Assembly (NCBI GenBank): GCA_008690995.1
Contig: VRMN01000003.1
Span: 1,116,001 to 1,180,000, forward strand
Direction: 5' to 3'
DNA length: 64,000 nucleotides
From: Porphyridium purpureum
Taxonomy: Eukaryota
A program made the translations under genes and the position numbers. The notes beneath the pieces are model-generated. The model searched no databases. It worked only from the letters and a program-made list of their open reading frames with translations, and was not told the origin of the DNA. This document shows, piece by piece, positions 1 to 12,300 of this stretch (position 1 is the first letter of the stretch; every line of letters starts with the position of its first letter).

Positions 1-784
1 AACTCCACATTTCGTTTCACCACACTTCCAAACCAGACGCGCATTAGTACACTCGGCGGCACGAGTGTGCAAATTGATCTCGCACTAGCGCGCATGCATT
101 CCAAGGGCGATCTGCTGCGATCCCCCGTCAACACGCGGGGACCACCACGTGGTACTTTTGCTCGTCTGCCTATGATGTGATTTCCTTGCCCTTCTTCCTG
201 AGGCTCGCGAAGAGATATAGCTGTACCCTCCCCATGTCGGAAGCTTGTTCCTCTATCGACGCAATCGCGTCGTGCAGCGGTCCCTTCCCTTGAATAAAAA
301 GGCTGCTGTTTCATTGGACGGTTGGGACTTTCGACGCAAACGTGAGGCGCGCAATGCCGCTATCTCGACGCTGTGATGACGATAAGATGAAAGATGACCA
401 AAAAATCCCGCCGGCCGGATGGGAGCGTCGAGGAGGAGGAATCGGACGGAATTCTCCTAAATCGCACAAAACATAGAAATAAAATTATACAGCTGTCACT
501 CACGCGTCGAATCTGCAATCTGCTGTTGCTGCTGCGCGTGGGTTTGCACGTGTGCGGCCTGTTTTTGGGTTCGTTGCGTCGGCCTTTGCGTTGGGTTAGA
601 GTGAGTGCGCCAGTCTGCCGGGGGGTGTGGATGCGTCTCAATATAAGTCGGGTGCATCGTGTGCGAGTTGGACGCGCAGGCACGGACGGTCGCCGAAGTG
701 GTCGGTTGGACGCAGACGCAGAAAGAGTTGAACGAGCTGGAGTCCTTGGTTTGCACCGGACCGCGCGGCGAGTGGTGGCTGGGA

Positions 785-1252
785 ATGGCGAGCTCCGGGG
801 TGGACGTCGTGAGTTGTCTGCGGCTCGTGCTCGAGTTCCAAAGTTCAAGAATCAGGCGTATTGAACACAGGCTGGCAGTGGCTCGGGAAGAACTCGAGCG
901 CGAACTCGAGCTCAAGCGCACGGGGTGCGGTGCGCGCACGCGGAAAACCCACGCGCGAGATACACGCAAAAATGAGTTGGTCTTGAAGCACGCGGCCGTC
1001 GTCAAGCAAGTACGAGGAAAGTATCGAGATGCGAAGAAGAGCAGTAAGCCGAACAGGTTGCCGGACGGATCTCCTATTCTGAGCGCGGCAAGCTCGAAGC
1101 GCATGTTCGCAGAAGGCTCGGCGCCACAGGCTCGCGGCTCAGTGGACAGCTCCTTCGTTATGGTGGAAGGTGAGATCCTTCGTGTCCGCCCAGGACCTGC
1201 GCGCGAGTACTCTGTCAATGCTATGTTTGGATGTGCGACGAACGGAAAGTGA
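785..1252 (+). CDS. Hypothetical protein with a short coiled coil
   Basis: First in-frame ATG (785) of ORF 659..1252; heptad-like segment RIRRIEHRLAVAREELERELEL; no family recognised. Confidence 0.4.
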   Translation: MASSGVDVVSCLRLVLEFQSSRIRRIEHRLAVAREELERELELKRTGCGARTRKTHARDTRKNELVLKHAAVVKQVRGKYRDAKKSSKPNRLPDGSPILSAASSKRMFAEGSAPQARGSVDSSFVMVEGEILRVRPGPAREYSVNAMFGCATNGK

Positions 1253-1548
1253 CTTAGCATTCGCCCGGTGAGGAAAGTCACGTTTAATAGCCCTTGTAGT
1301 GTGTAGATTTTTTATATTGCGCCTGTCTTCAGGCTTCACCGGAGCCTTCGCCTGCCGAGGCAGACGAGATCAACGGGAGTTAAAACCGCGTTTATTATGA
1401 GTTGAGTCTTGAGCAGGTTACGATTGAGAGGGCCAGACACTCGATGATGGGAGCAGAGGTCTGCACGACGAAAAGAGACTCCCTCCAGTTTGGCGACGTT
1501 TGTATGCACGGCACTCACTTGCCTATCTCATGACCGCAGTGGCCTCAC

Positions 1549-1824
1549 TCAATGCGCGAACAAAGATCGGACACTGACTGGAGTGACGAGGTCGCGCAGC
1601 GCGCTGAGCCAGGAGACTGAAGTCTCCGGGACATGCGCCGTGCGGACGGCGCCCGCTAACGGGTCCACGAGCACGGTCGTTGCGAACAGAAACACCATGA
1701 CCAGTGCCACATGGATGGCCGGCCTCTTGATCAAATACAGCAGCGGCGCTGGAATCGGCACTCCGCCCAGCCTTGCCTCTGCTTGGCTCGAGCCTTTCGA
1801 GCGTGTCTTTGGAGTAGCACCCAT
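1549..1824 (-). CDS. Small single-pass membrane protein (hypothetical, 91 aa)
   Basis: ATG start; hydrophobic segment AIHVALVMVFLFATTVLV; TATATAA on the minus strand at 1892-1898. Confidence 0.5.
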   Translation of the reverse strand: MGATPKTRSKGSSQAEARLGGVPIPAPLLYLIKRPAIHVALVMVFLFATTVLVDPLAGAVRTAHVPETSVSWLSALRDLVTPVSVRSLFAH

Positions 1825-4324
1825 CTTGCCCTGCCTGTCAATGCCTCACCCCCGTCCTTCTCTCCTCGAGCCCTCACACACGTACTAGCACTTATATACA
1901 GCCTGGCTTATGCGTAAACGAAGCCGTCCTCATGCGACTCGGTCTCCATGACATGTGCGCTATCACTCAGCCACAAACAGCACAACGCGGCGCACGTTGA
2001 CCGCTGGTTTCTGGACACGCGCCGCCCGCAACTTTGGCTAACAGAAAATCATCCCGCCATCGCGTTGCGTCATCGAGGTACTGTAAAAATGTAAAGCTGG
2101 TCGTTCAGGGTCATTTTCGTCGCTCACCGGCTTTTTTAAGAGCGGCCAATCAAGTTCGACATCCGCCCTGGTTTTCGTTTGAAAAATAAGCGCGTTTGGG
2201 TGTGCTCGATCGTTTTCTACACACAAGGATTGTATCCACTTGGAACGACTCCTTTCGTAGAATAACATGTCTCGCGCGTAATGTGTCATTTTGACCGCGG
2301 GCAAAGAGTGTGTTTTAGTATGGCGGTGATATGAATGAGTGCGGTACAGTGGCCACGCAGTGGGTTCAGGTCGCGAATCCTCCAAGCCTGCAACCAGTTG
2401 TGGACTCGTGTGGCGAGAGCAGACATGCGTACATCCTGGAAGAGCGACGCGGTTTGCCCGACAATTCCGAGACGAAGGCCTTTGCCGATTCTTCCGAACT
2501 GCGTTTTGAAAGTCGTACCGGAACAACGGCTGCCGGTGCAATGTCTGTGCGCGGAAGATGAGGTGAGTTCGGATGCAGAACCAACTCGGCACGCGAAAAG
2601 GGGTCATGGTGATCGATGAGTCATCACCACAAAGCGTCGTTAAAAGGGGGTCTGTTCGCCGTGGTGCGTCCACAAGCCTTCAGATTCACAACACGTGAAC
2701 ATTTAGAGTCCTTTGAGAAGAAAGAAGAAGAAGAAAAAATACGGGGACTCCACAAGGTCATCACAAACGAACACGCGACCTGTTCGCTCGAGGTCTGCGG
2801 CCCGTGATTTTTGGAACCCTTCCGCTAGCGAGCAGCGGCTCGGGCGTTCAAGTCGCGAGTTTGCGATATGCAAGTATTCGTCGATCAGAGATATCTCATG
2901 CCATTCGTGAACACCATCTTGTGTGTCATCACCGCGCTTCATCAATAGCTTCGCCGGTTTGTCCATCGCTGCGCATATTTTGAAAGCGTTGTCCCGTGCA
3001 CTCTCCCGTCTCTTCCGTCCACACGTCAGCGTGCGACCACAGGAACAAAACTTCGGAAGGGCGAGCGCTGATGCGCACGAGCGCGGAAGGCTCCCATGAT
3101 GCTTTTGCGCACCGAATGGAATGTGATGAGGTGAGCAATTGCTCGCTTTCCGCATGTCCCGACCAAGCTGAACGTTCAGAATCTGTGCGCGTACAATTTC
3201 ACACTTTCGTCGCCCGCACGCCGCCGGTGCCCTTGCGCGCTCTGCACTATCGCATACCTCATTTGCAATTGGTGCTCTACGGGTTTAGATGCTGCATGAT
3301 TCCACAGCGGCGCGGACAAGGATAGGGCAACCAACTCGGCACATTCGGGCACATGCGCTCGCCGGAAAGTTCGACGAGGCAAGTTCGCCCGCCGTATGCG
3401 AAGGGCCGCCCAGATTTTCAACTTTTGTCACGCGGGCGTCAGAAGGAATGCACCTCGAAGACACCCAGCTTTGCGAATCTTGCACTGTAATCCGCATCAC
3501 CAACAAAGGTTTCATGTAGACGTGTCCTTGGCTTCGGAGGACGCCCACAACTCCGAGTCACGAAACGATGCGTCATCCAACTGTACCTCTCGACTCATGA
3601 GCCGTCCTTACAGTTGAGCTGTGACAACTTACCTGCGACATGTTCCTTCTCACGAGTCCGCGAACTTTCGAGTTTGTTCCGCACCGCCGCACCTTGTGCT
3701 CACTAGCGCACTGCTACCTCAGCGCGAAGCTAACCGTGTCATGATTACGCGCGCATGACGCCAACCGGAAGCTGGCGCGCACATCGACGTGGCGGCGGAT
3801 AGGAAGCTTGGACCACAGTCGTCTACAAAAGAGTACGCGCCAGCGAAAGAAGCCGTGCTCACGGGCTACGTCTACTTTCAACAGCTAGGAGAGAAGCAAG
3901 GGCCTCAGCCAAGAGGTAGGAAGAATTTACCGGCAGAAAGGACTTGCGTGTGTCCATTGTGCTGGGAGGCAGAAAGAAAGGTGCGGGCGAGAGACATACA
4001 GAGAAATCATCGGTGAACCAAACATGTGCATCTCACACGAGCTTGCGCGCCGTCACGTGATCGCCAAGTTCCCGGACAAAGGATATGCAGCGAGAACCTC
4101 AGAGTTTTTCACATCGAGAACGGCTCCTGATCCTACGCGGCCTATGTGCTGAGCTAGAATCACGGAACATGATGATAAATCAAATGATAGAAGCGTTGCG
4201 CGTTCAAAGCGACCGCGAAAGAATTCCAAATATATAATCTTAAAATAACTTTCATGAGAATAGTGTAACAGTTCAAAAACCGTCGTACATAGGCCATCGC
4301 GCAAGCCACAATCCGAGGCTGACT

Positions 4325-6487
4325 TCATACTTTGGGCAGGCTCGTTAGAAATGTCTCCTCATCCTTGTTGTTAGCGTGGTCCATGGAACCATTGACACTC
4401 ATGCGAACGTGTTCATCCTGCAGTTTCCGCCCAGATTCACTCACCGGACTACTGATTCGATCATCATCCGACGATGAATCGTCTACGATCTCCTGAATCT
4501 GTTCGAGATGCTCTAGGGCCTCTGCAGGCAGCAAGAGCGTGTGCAGCTTCTCTCGCCAATTATCAGAAAATAAGCTACGCCCCGTGCCCGGGCCGCGGTT
4601 CCCGCCTTCCGCCCGCCCACCTGCATGCTGCGCGGCCAGGATGGACGAAATAGATACATCTGAAATCGAGCTCTTCGTGTCAGTCACGCTCTGCAGTCGC
4701 AGTCTCTGAATTTGCTGCTCCAAACGCGAACGCGTGCTCTCGCTGTCAGCCAGCCGGTCCCTGAGAGTCTGATTCTCGTGCCCTAGATGGTCTGCAAGTG
4801 CCTGATAGTCCTCAATGCACGATTGCTGGATCTCAGCTTCAATTTGGAGCGCTTCGATGGTGCGGAGAAGAAAACCGCCCGCTTCGCGCTGATCGCTCGC
4901 AGGTGAAGACCAAGCGTCTGGGTTTGATGCGGATCGCTGCCGACCAAAAAGCGGCCGCCATTTAAACTTCAAGCGGCGGTCGGCTCCCCTACTTCTCGCA
5001 CGCGCTTCCTGGATGAGCTCGCCGCGGAAGCTCTCCATCCGCTTGAATAGATCCGAATGCTCTTGAGCAATTTCAACGCCATGGTGTTTGTGTGTCGTTT
5101 CACATGCTGAGCCTCCGTTACTTGTCGTATTCGAAGACTCCAGGACTGCCTGGAGCCTGCCCAATTCCGACTTGAGATGTAGCTTGTCGTAGTACTCCTT
5201 AAGAAGTTCCTTTCGTAAAACCTTCACCGCAGCTTCCAATCGCTTTTGCGCCTTCGCGCGCGCCTCCAAATCACGCTGAAGCTTCTCCTTCTCTGCGGCG
5301 TGATCAGCCTCGGCGAGCTGCATGGTGCGCAGCTCGAGCTCCAGAGAGCTGACGAGCTCTTGCAACGATGCCTTGTCATCGATGGCGCCCCGTGATGAGC
5401 GCAAAAGGTCCCGCAGCTCGCTCACCTGTTCTTGAAGTTCGTCATGCTCGCGGAAAAGAGCAGCCGCGCCAGCAACGCTGTCCACACCTTGCTCTTCCAA
5501 GTACTCGGCAAGAGGCTCCACGCCCCGCAGACGCTTGCGCAACATCAATAACTCAGCCTCCTTGGCCACAAGCTGGGATCGCACGACACGAATCTGATGT
5601 GCGTACGTTGTCTCTGACCGAAACTCACGCAGCTTTTCCACCAACGCGCGAATCTCACGTCGCACAAATTCGGTTTCAAAACGCGGATCAATATTGTGAG
5701 CCACGCTCTTCTGGCGCACCAGAAGCGGCTGAATATGTGACGCGAGAGACCTCCGCTCTTGCAGCAGGTACTCATCTCCCAAGGGCTTGCTCGTGTGCTC
5801 GGAAATAAGGGCCAGTCGCAGCTCCTCGAACAATGCGTTCAATTCCCATTCGTAATCCGAAGCGGTCAGCGTAAAGTCAAACGCCTCGAATCCGTCACCC
5901 GAGGCCTCCTTTGATATCACGTTGCTTTGGGTCGACACACTCGCGCCTAGAGCAAAAGCGTCCGAGGACGGGGTCCTGTTCGCCGAGTCATCCACGACGC
6001 TCTCCTGAGGCGAGGCGATCCCGGCATATGCCGCTCGTGAGGCATGCGTCGACTTGGTCGAATGCGAGCGGACGGGACCGCCGCTTCCACCAACGCCGTT
6101 GCCCATGGAAGCTCTATCGTAGCCACCGGGGCTCGGCCACTGTGCGCCCAGGCCGAACACGGGCGACTCGGACGGTGATACGCAGGCAGATGAGATGGAG
6201 CGCGGCGCGGCGTCTGCCGTGAGACGCTCGTACGCCGTGCGCGTCATAGACGAAAGCTGCAGATCATGCTCATGGCGCGCGTTTGCCTGCAACTTGCGCA
6301 AGCGCGCGCGCGGGTTGGGAATGGGCTCGGCCACTTCAGGGTCCTGCGGCGTGACGCTGTGACTCTGCGCCGCTACCGCATTCGCCTGCGCGCCGAGTAT
6401 TTGCTGCCGCAAAGGCGTGGCCCTGTCCAAGCCCCCCGGCGCCTCGTCCACATCCTCCACGCTACTCAGGCTCAGATTCGAGCTCAT
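4325..6487 (-). CDS. Long coiled-coil protein of unknown function
   Basis: About 720-aa ORF (first ATG 6487) with a Ser-rich N-terminus and extensive E/L/R/Q heptad segments. Confidence 0.8.
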   Translation of the reverse strand: MSSNLSLSSVEDVDEAPGGLDRATPLRQQILGAQANAVAAQSHSVTPQDPEVAEPIPNPRARLRKLQANARHEHDLQLSSMTRTAYERLTADAAPRSISSACVSPSESPVFGLGAQWPSPGGYDRASMGNGVGGSGGPVRSHSTKSTHASRAAYAGIASPQESVVDDSANRTPSSDAFALGASVSTQSNVISKEASGDGFEAFDFTLTASDYEWELNALFEELRLALISEHTSKPLGDEYLLQERRSLASHIQPLLVRQKSVAHNIDPRFETEFVRREIRALVEKLREFRSETTYAHQIRVVRSQLVAKEAELLMLRKRLRGVEPLAEYLEEQGVDSVAGAAALFREHDELQEQVSELRDLLRSSRGAIDDKASLQELVSSLELELRTMQLAEADHAAEKEKLQRDLEARAKAQKRLEAAVKVLRKELLKEYYDKLHLKSELGRLQAVLESSNTTSNGGSACETTHKHHGVEIAQEHSDLFKRMESFRGELIQEARARSRGADRRLKFKWRPLFGRQRSASNPDAWSSPASDQREAGGFLLRTIEALQIEAEIQQSCIEDYQALADHLGHENQTLRDRLADSESTRSRLEQQIQRLRLQSVTDTKSSISDVSISSILAAQHAGGRAEGGNRGPGTGRSLFSDNWREKLHTLLLPAEALEHLEQIQEIVDDSSSDDDRISSPVSESGRKLQDEHVRMSVNGSMDHANNKDEETFLTSLPKV

Positions 6488-7030
6488 TCTTAGCGCGCTC
6501 GACACGCCGCTTCTAACCCAAGTTCAGCGCCGCGCCGTCACGCGTTCCTTGCGCGACTGCCCTCGCCGGCAAAACCCCCCCTAGCGCGCGTCCCAACCAG
6601 CTGTGTCGAAGCGTCTCCCTCCTACCGCGCGCTCTCCCGAGCGACCCAGCCAGGCTTCACGCAGCGCCGTAGCAGCACGCCCGTCGTCCGGCTCGCACGT
6701 CCAACGCCGCAGCGCTGCGTCGCGCCCATGGCAAGCATGAAGTGTCGTTTATATCCAGGTGCGGAGTCGGTTCTCGTGTTGCGCATTTGTGCCTGGTGTT
6801 TCGTTCTCACGCGGGGGAAGTGGTGTATTCCCTCCATTCAAAATAACCCTGTTTTCATATCAACTCGCACAAACGTACCCCAGCACCAACACACACACAC
6901 GCATACAAACATACAAACACCAAAAAGAAACCAACTCGTTAGTCTTAGAGCGTGGCGTACTCCTACTCACATCGCGTTTTTGGTGTGTATTCGCATATTG
7001 AGCCTTATACCACATGATCACAAGCCAAAC

Positions 7031-7074
7031 CCATAACCATAACAACAATAACAACAATAACAACAACAACCAAC
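7031..7074. repeat. Imperfect (AAC/AAT)n microsatellite
   Basis: ccataaccataacaacaataacaacaataacaacaacaaccaac, in the divergent intergenic region. Confidence 0.8.
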
Positions 7075-7344
7075 GTGCCGAGGCGTGGTGGCGCTACTCA
7101 TTTACAATGACTACAAACGCGCCGTGTGGAACGAACGAGGGGTTCGGTTTGTACAGTGGATGTGGATGTGTGTGTTTGTGTGTCACTGTACATGCTTGCT
7201 TGCGGAAGGAGGCGTGAACGTGGTGAGGCGAGCGGTCTTGTGTGCGAGTGGTGCTGGATGTTGGGAGGGGAGTGGAAGAGGAGCGCGGAAGATCAACACA
7301 GCGAGGGGAGGAAGGAGGGAAGGAGCCTTCGCGCCAGGGAAGGT

Positions 7345-8823
7345 ATGGTGTATGATTTTGCGGCGGCGTACGGACGGCGGTCCGGAGGCGCGCGCGCAGC
7401 GTACGAGGACGCCGGCGGCCCGTACAGGGAAACAGGCCATGCGGCGGCGCTCGCCGCGGCAAGCAGGCCGGACGCCGGCGAGGAGGCAGAGTATCGCGTG
7501 CGTGTGTGCATCCGCGAGCGCGAGGCCGATAATTTCTGCGCGGACTGTGGCGTGCAGGCGCCAAGCTTCCTTTGCTTCACGCTAGGAACCATCGTGTGCA
7601 CCGACTGCGCAAATGTCCACCGCGCGCAGAAGAGGAAGATCACCGACATGTACTGCGGCAATCTTACATTCGAGGACGCCTCGCGGTTCGAAAAAGTCGG
7701 GAACGACAAATGCAACCGCAAGTTCCTGTACAAGTGGAACCCAGACGAGTTTCCGCAGCCAAATCCAAAGGACAAGGACGCGCTCAAGCAGTTCATCTGG
7801 CTCAAGTATGAAGGCTCATGGGCGAAGAAAAAGAGCGACCGCGAATCGGAGCCGCCCAGGTCGCACGCGGCACCGCCAGACCACCCGGGGTACGGCGCCG
7901 ATCCGTACGGCTACGCGTCGTATGACGTACCGCCTCCGGGTTACCACGATCCGTACTACTATGAGTCCGCGCCATACGTAGGTGCTCGCGGTGGTGCGTA
8001 CGGGGCACCGCCGCCAGCGCATCCGCCCGCCTACTCGGAGCGTGGATATGATCCATATGGTCCGCCGCCAGGCATGCACCCGCAAGCGTATGCTCCCGCA
8101 CAGGCGCCACCAAGAGCGGGTGCGCGATCGGCAGCTGGGCCGCCGCCAGGGCCGCCAGAAAATTCGCGGTACTCCGGGCCTCCACCAGGCGCTTCGTACG
8201 CTGGGCCTGTTGACCCGGTGCTGTCACAGTTGCAGTACGACTACTCGCGGTCGTCATCCCAACCTAGGGACGCGCGGAAGAAGAGCAGCAGCAGCAAGAA
8301 GGCGAGCAGCAAGGGAAAGAAGAAGAAGGACGATAGCTCTGGAGAGGACTCGGAAGAGGACCGGACGTCGCGGAAAAAGTCGTCCAAGCACAAGACCCGT
8401 CGCGATTCCGAGTCTGAGTCTGGCGAGTCGAGCGAGGAAGAGGATCGGCGAGGCAAGTCGTCCTCACACAAGAAACAGTCAAAGAAGGTATCTTCGTCGA
8501 AGAAGACCGCGTCTCGCTACAGCGACGACAGCGACGCTTCAGAATCGAGCGCGGACGGCAAGAAGTCGAAGAAGAAAAAGGCATCCGCTTCGTCTAAGAG
8601 CAAGGGATCGTCGTCCAAGTCATCCAAGGTTCCGAGTGTTTTTGAGAGCATTCAGCAGGCTGACCATGCGGCCGGTGTCCCGACCTCGGCGATGGTGCCG
8701 AACGGGCCAGCAGTGGGCACGCTGATCCCGGGGATGCCCGCACCGTCTATGTACGGCGGGTATCCCGCGATGCAGGGCCAGCCAGACATGATTACGGGAT
8801 TCCAGAACATGCGCATGTACTGA
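7345..8823 (+). CDS. ArfGAP zinc-finger protein (AGFG/AGD14-like) with Pro/Tyr/Gly-rich and Lys/Ser-rich low-complexity regions
   Basis: CADC-x16-CTDC-x4-R motif (CADCGVQAPSFLCFTLGTIVCTDCANVHR), then VGN..N..F..KW and FI..KY; likely ATG 7345. Confidence 0.85.
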   Translation: MVYDFAAAYGRRSGGARAAYEDAGGPYRETGHAAALAAASRPDAGEEAEYRVRVCIREREADNFCADCGVQAPSFLCFTLGTIVCTDCANVHRAQKRKITDMYCGNLTFEDASRFEKVGNDKCNRKFLYKWNPDEFPQPNPKDKDALKQFIWLKYEGSWAKKKSDRESEPPRSHAAPPDHPGYGADPYGYASYDVPPPGYHDPYYYESAPYVGARGGAYGAPPPAHPPAYSERGYDPYGPPPGMHPQAYAPAQAPPRAGARSAAGPPPGPPENSRYSGPPPGASYAGPVDPVLSQLQYDYSRSSSQPRDARKKSSSSKKASSKGKKKKDDSSGEDSEEDRTSRKKSSKHKTRRDSESESGESSEEEDRRGKSSSHKKQSKKVSSSKKTASRYSDDSDASESSADGKKSKKKKASASSKSKGSSSKSSKVPSVFESIQQADHAAGVPTSAMVPNGPAVGTLIPGMPAPSMYGGYPAMQGQPDMITGFQNMRMY

Positions 8824-9332
8824 TGGATTTGCGCCACGGTGGGCCCACCTGACATAAGAAGTCGGCTGGCGAGCGTTTGGCGCGAAACTGCATAGGGGGT
8901 CAACCCGAACACACTCGCCAGCTGTCAAAATTCGCATCTCAGATCTCTATGTAAACACACACGTTTTGATAGGCTAATTACGTGCGCCGGGTCAGGATTG
9001 ATTTGGCGGCGTTCGAACGTCGCCGCGCGAAGAAGGGGCCTCAGCGAAGCGCGAGAGTTGCGCGAGCGATTCGAAAGCACCTGCGAAAAGAGTTGACGAC
9101 GCGTTGCGTGTGTGCCGGGCCAGGCTCGACGCTCGTTGGTGTTGAACGCAGGCGCGTTTCCTTCGCATTAAACTCGGCAAACACGGGCGCTGGAGTGATC
9201 CGCGCGTGTCCTTTCTGGTGACCGTTCACAGCAGATCAGGCGGTGAGCGACCAAGTGATCGCGTCAGACTCAGGCGGTTATCTGGTAGTTCCGGAATCGT
9301 AGGGGGAGGCCATCAAGCACACGAAAGGCGTG

Positions 9333-12300
9333 ATGGATGGCGAGTCCAGCCTGCCAAAGGACTTTGAACATGATCACGTCGTTTCGGTCGACACAGGAGA
9401 CCACGCGCAGGCGGACCAAGAAAGTGCGCCGCAATACCAAACTCACGATGGCGTCTTGACACCGGGTCCAGGGGATGACATGCAGGTTGACATACACGAG
9501 TCCCCAGAAATGCTTCTTGACCTTTCCAGGGCCCACCAACCAGGAGGTCTAACGGATATTTCTGATGTGCAGGCCCGGAGCGAAGAAAGGAACTTCACGG
9601 CAATGGACACGGGGGTAGATGACCTTCATGTTGTTGAGATCACAGACACAGCCTCTGCGGATACCGATGTGGCAGTTCCCCCGGCTAACAGTCTAGAAAC
9701 AGAAAACTACAGTGTGCCGCGCGTGGTCTGGGCAGAAATGTCTGGCTTTGACAAGTACAAGACACCCTTTTGGTGGCCCGCTCTTCAGATGGGTTACCCA
9801 CTCCGACCGAGTGGCAAAATTCCGGTCTGCCTCATTGGTATCAGCGGTTCAGAGAAGCACTACTACTCAGAAGAGGCCGAGGCGAATGCCGTCCTTGTCT
9901 TTCGACGGCGAGTGAGTGGGGCCTGGATGGAACAGGAAGTGCCGCCTGCCAAGGCACATAAACTCCCTGTAGAGCTTGATATGGGAGATCGATCGACTAA
10001 GGCTCGAAACCATGCGAGTGTGCTGGATTCTAACATTGACCGGAACTGGTTTTCCATGGAGAGCTGGTTGCGCATGGAAAATGAGAAGAAACGTCGCGCC
10101 AATGCCGACAAGAAGACATCCATCGCGTCGGGCTCAGCGAGCACTCCTGAGGTCAGAGCTGCTCCCATCACACAAACGGTGTCTCATCTTGCGAATGACA
10201 CAGCGCAATCGAGTGCGATTCCAACCGGTCCTGCACAAGTGGAATCCTCGGCGCTTTCCGTAGATCGCTCGACGGCCGCCGTCGCACTAGATGGCAGGGA
10301 CACGAGCATCGACATGGCGGCGCCAAGCCTTGCATCGCCGTCATCTAGCACGGGTGGAACCGGCAGTAGCGTCGACGAGTACGATGACGTTTGCGACAAG
10401 TGCCACAAGGCTGGAGACTCTCTTATCATGTGTGAAGGTAGCTGTAAGCGCTGCTGGCACAGGGAGTGCCTGACACCGGATGCGCGACCTGCCGATGACG
10501 CCGACTTTTACTGCGACGACTGCACGAACGCCTCATGGGCGTGTGCGTATTGCCATCGTCAAGCTTTATCGTCCGAGCCGCTTGTTAAATGTACGGACTC
10601 GTATTGTGGGAAGAGGTACCACAAGCAATGCATTTCAAACCTGCCTCTGACAAAACATCGTCTGGACGAGGAGAAAATTGTGTGCCCTCGGCACTTTTGC
10701 GGCATGTGTGAAGGTGCGATCAACCTGGCCAAAGACAGTTCGTTTACATGGTGCCTTCGCTGTCCTGTGGCATACCACCGCGCGTGCTTACCTCCTGGTG
10801 TTATTCAGCTTGATTTCGCCGAAAAGCACTTTGTGTGCTCGAAGCACGTGGTTGCGGATGAGGTCGTGAATCGCTCGAGCAGAAACTTTAACAGGTGCGT
10901 TGCATGTGACGGAGGCGGAGATTTGCTCTGCTGCGACGGCTGCCCTGCGGCTTTCCACGAAAGCGAAGCGTGCATCTCCAAGTTTGCTCTTAATTTGAAA
11001 GGCACGTTGAAAAATGGCCGTTGGTACTGCCGGAATTGTACTGCCGGCAGAATGCCTGCCAGAGAAGACGTCGTGTGGGCGAAGCAAGGCTCGTATCCTT
11101 TTTGGCCTGCAGAAGTTTACCCAGCAGACGATGTAGCGGTGCCTGAGCGGCTGCTGAAAGTTGACCACAAGCCGCACGAGACAATCGCTGTGCGTTGGTA
11201 TCCTACGAACAAGAAAGAGGACATATGGGCTTGGCTGGGTAACTCCCACATAGCGCCCATCGACCAACAAAAATACGACGATGTGAAACAGGATCGAGCG
11301 TCCTACAGGGAAGCACTGAAACAGGCAGAAAAAGTGGTGAAGAGACAGCTGACCAATCCTATCTTGCCTGCGGATGATGTTCGCGCACGCGATCCGCCGA
11401 AGTATATCCGCATCAGTGCCAACTCGTACCTCGTAGAGAAGCCGCAGGGTGGCCCGAATGCAGAATGTAATTGCAAGGTCGAGAGGCCGTGCGTAGATAA
11501 CACGTGTCTGAATCGCCTTATGCAGTACGAATGTCCGAGAACGTGTCAGACGGACTCACTGTGCCAGAATCAGCGATTCACCAAGCGCCAGTACAAGAAG
11601 GTCAAGGCGTTTTACACGGGCAATCGTGGGTGGGGTGTGAAGGCGGCCGAAAACATCGCGGAGGGAGACTTCATCATCGAGTACGTGGGCGAAGTGGTGG
11701 ATAGGGATTTGTGTGAGCACCGAATTGCTACCCAGCGCCTAGAGAGCGAGAATGATGATTGGTACGTCATGTGTGTGGATGAGAATGTGTACATTGACTC
11801 GTCGCTGAAAGGGAACGTGTCTCGCTTTATCAATCACAGCTGTGCGCCGAATTGCGAAGTGCAGATGTGGGTGGTGAATGAGTCGGAGAAGCGCATGGGT
11901 ATCTTTGCGTTGACAAATATTGCGGCCGGGGAGGAAATCACGTACAAATACAACTTGAAGCAGCTGGATCCGGTGGACACGGTCACCAGGTACACAGAGT
12001 GCCGGTGCGCCGCGCCGAACTGTTCTGGATTTATTGGCAAGAAGTTGGGAAAGGATGTCAAGGTTTCCGCCGTCGTGGGTCGCCGGCGCGAGCTGATCGA
12101 CGGAACGGCCGCGGCGTCTGTGGACCTGTCCAAGGAGAAGAGCCCAGCGTCCAAGTCGGCCAAAAAGGCAGCGAGGACGCCAACTCCAGCGAAGACGAGT
12201 ACGAGGGTTGCAACACGTGTTGAGTCCAGCGGCCGAGCGGGGACCGTTGGATCTTCGTCGCGTGGTGACGCGCGCAAAGTGAAGGCCTTGCTGCCACGCA

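Noticed and set aside
3626..3800. ACTTACCTG as the 5' end of U1 snRNA
   Set aside because: No recognisable U1 loop I/II motifs or Sm site downstream; better read as a minus-strand splice donor
7094..8725. Many overlapping or antisense ORFs over ArfGAP and other genes
   Set aside because: Shadow ORFs of GC-rich coding sequence with no motifs
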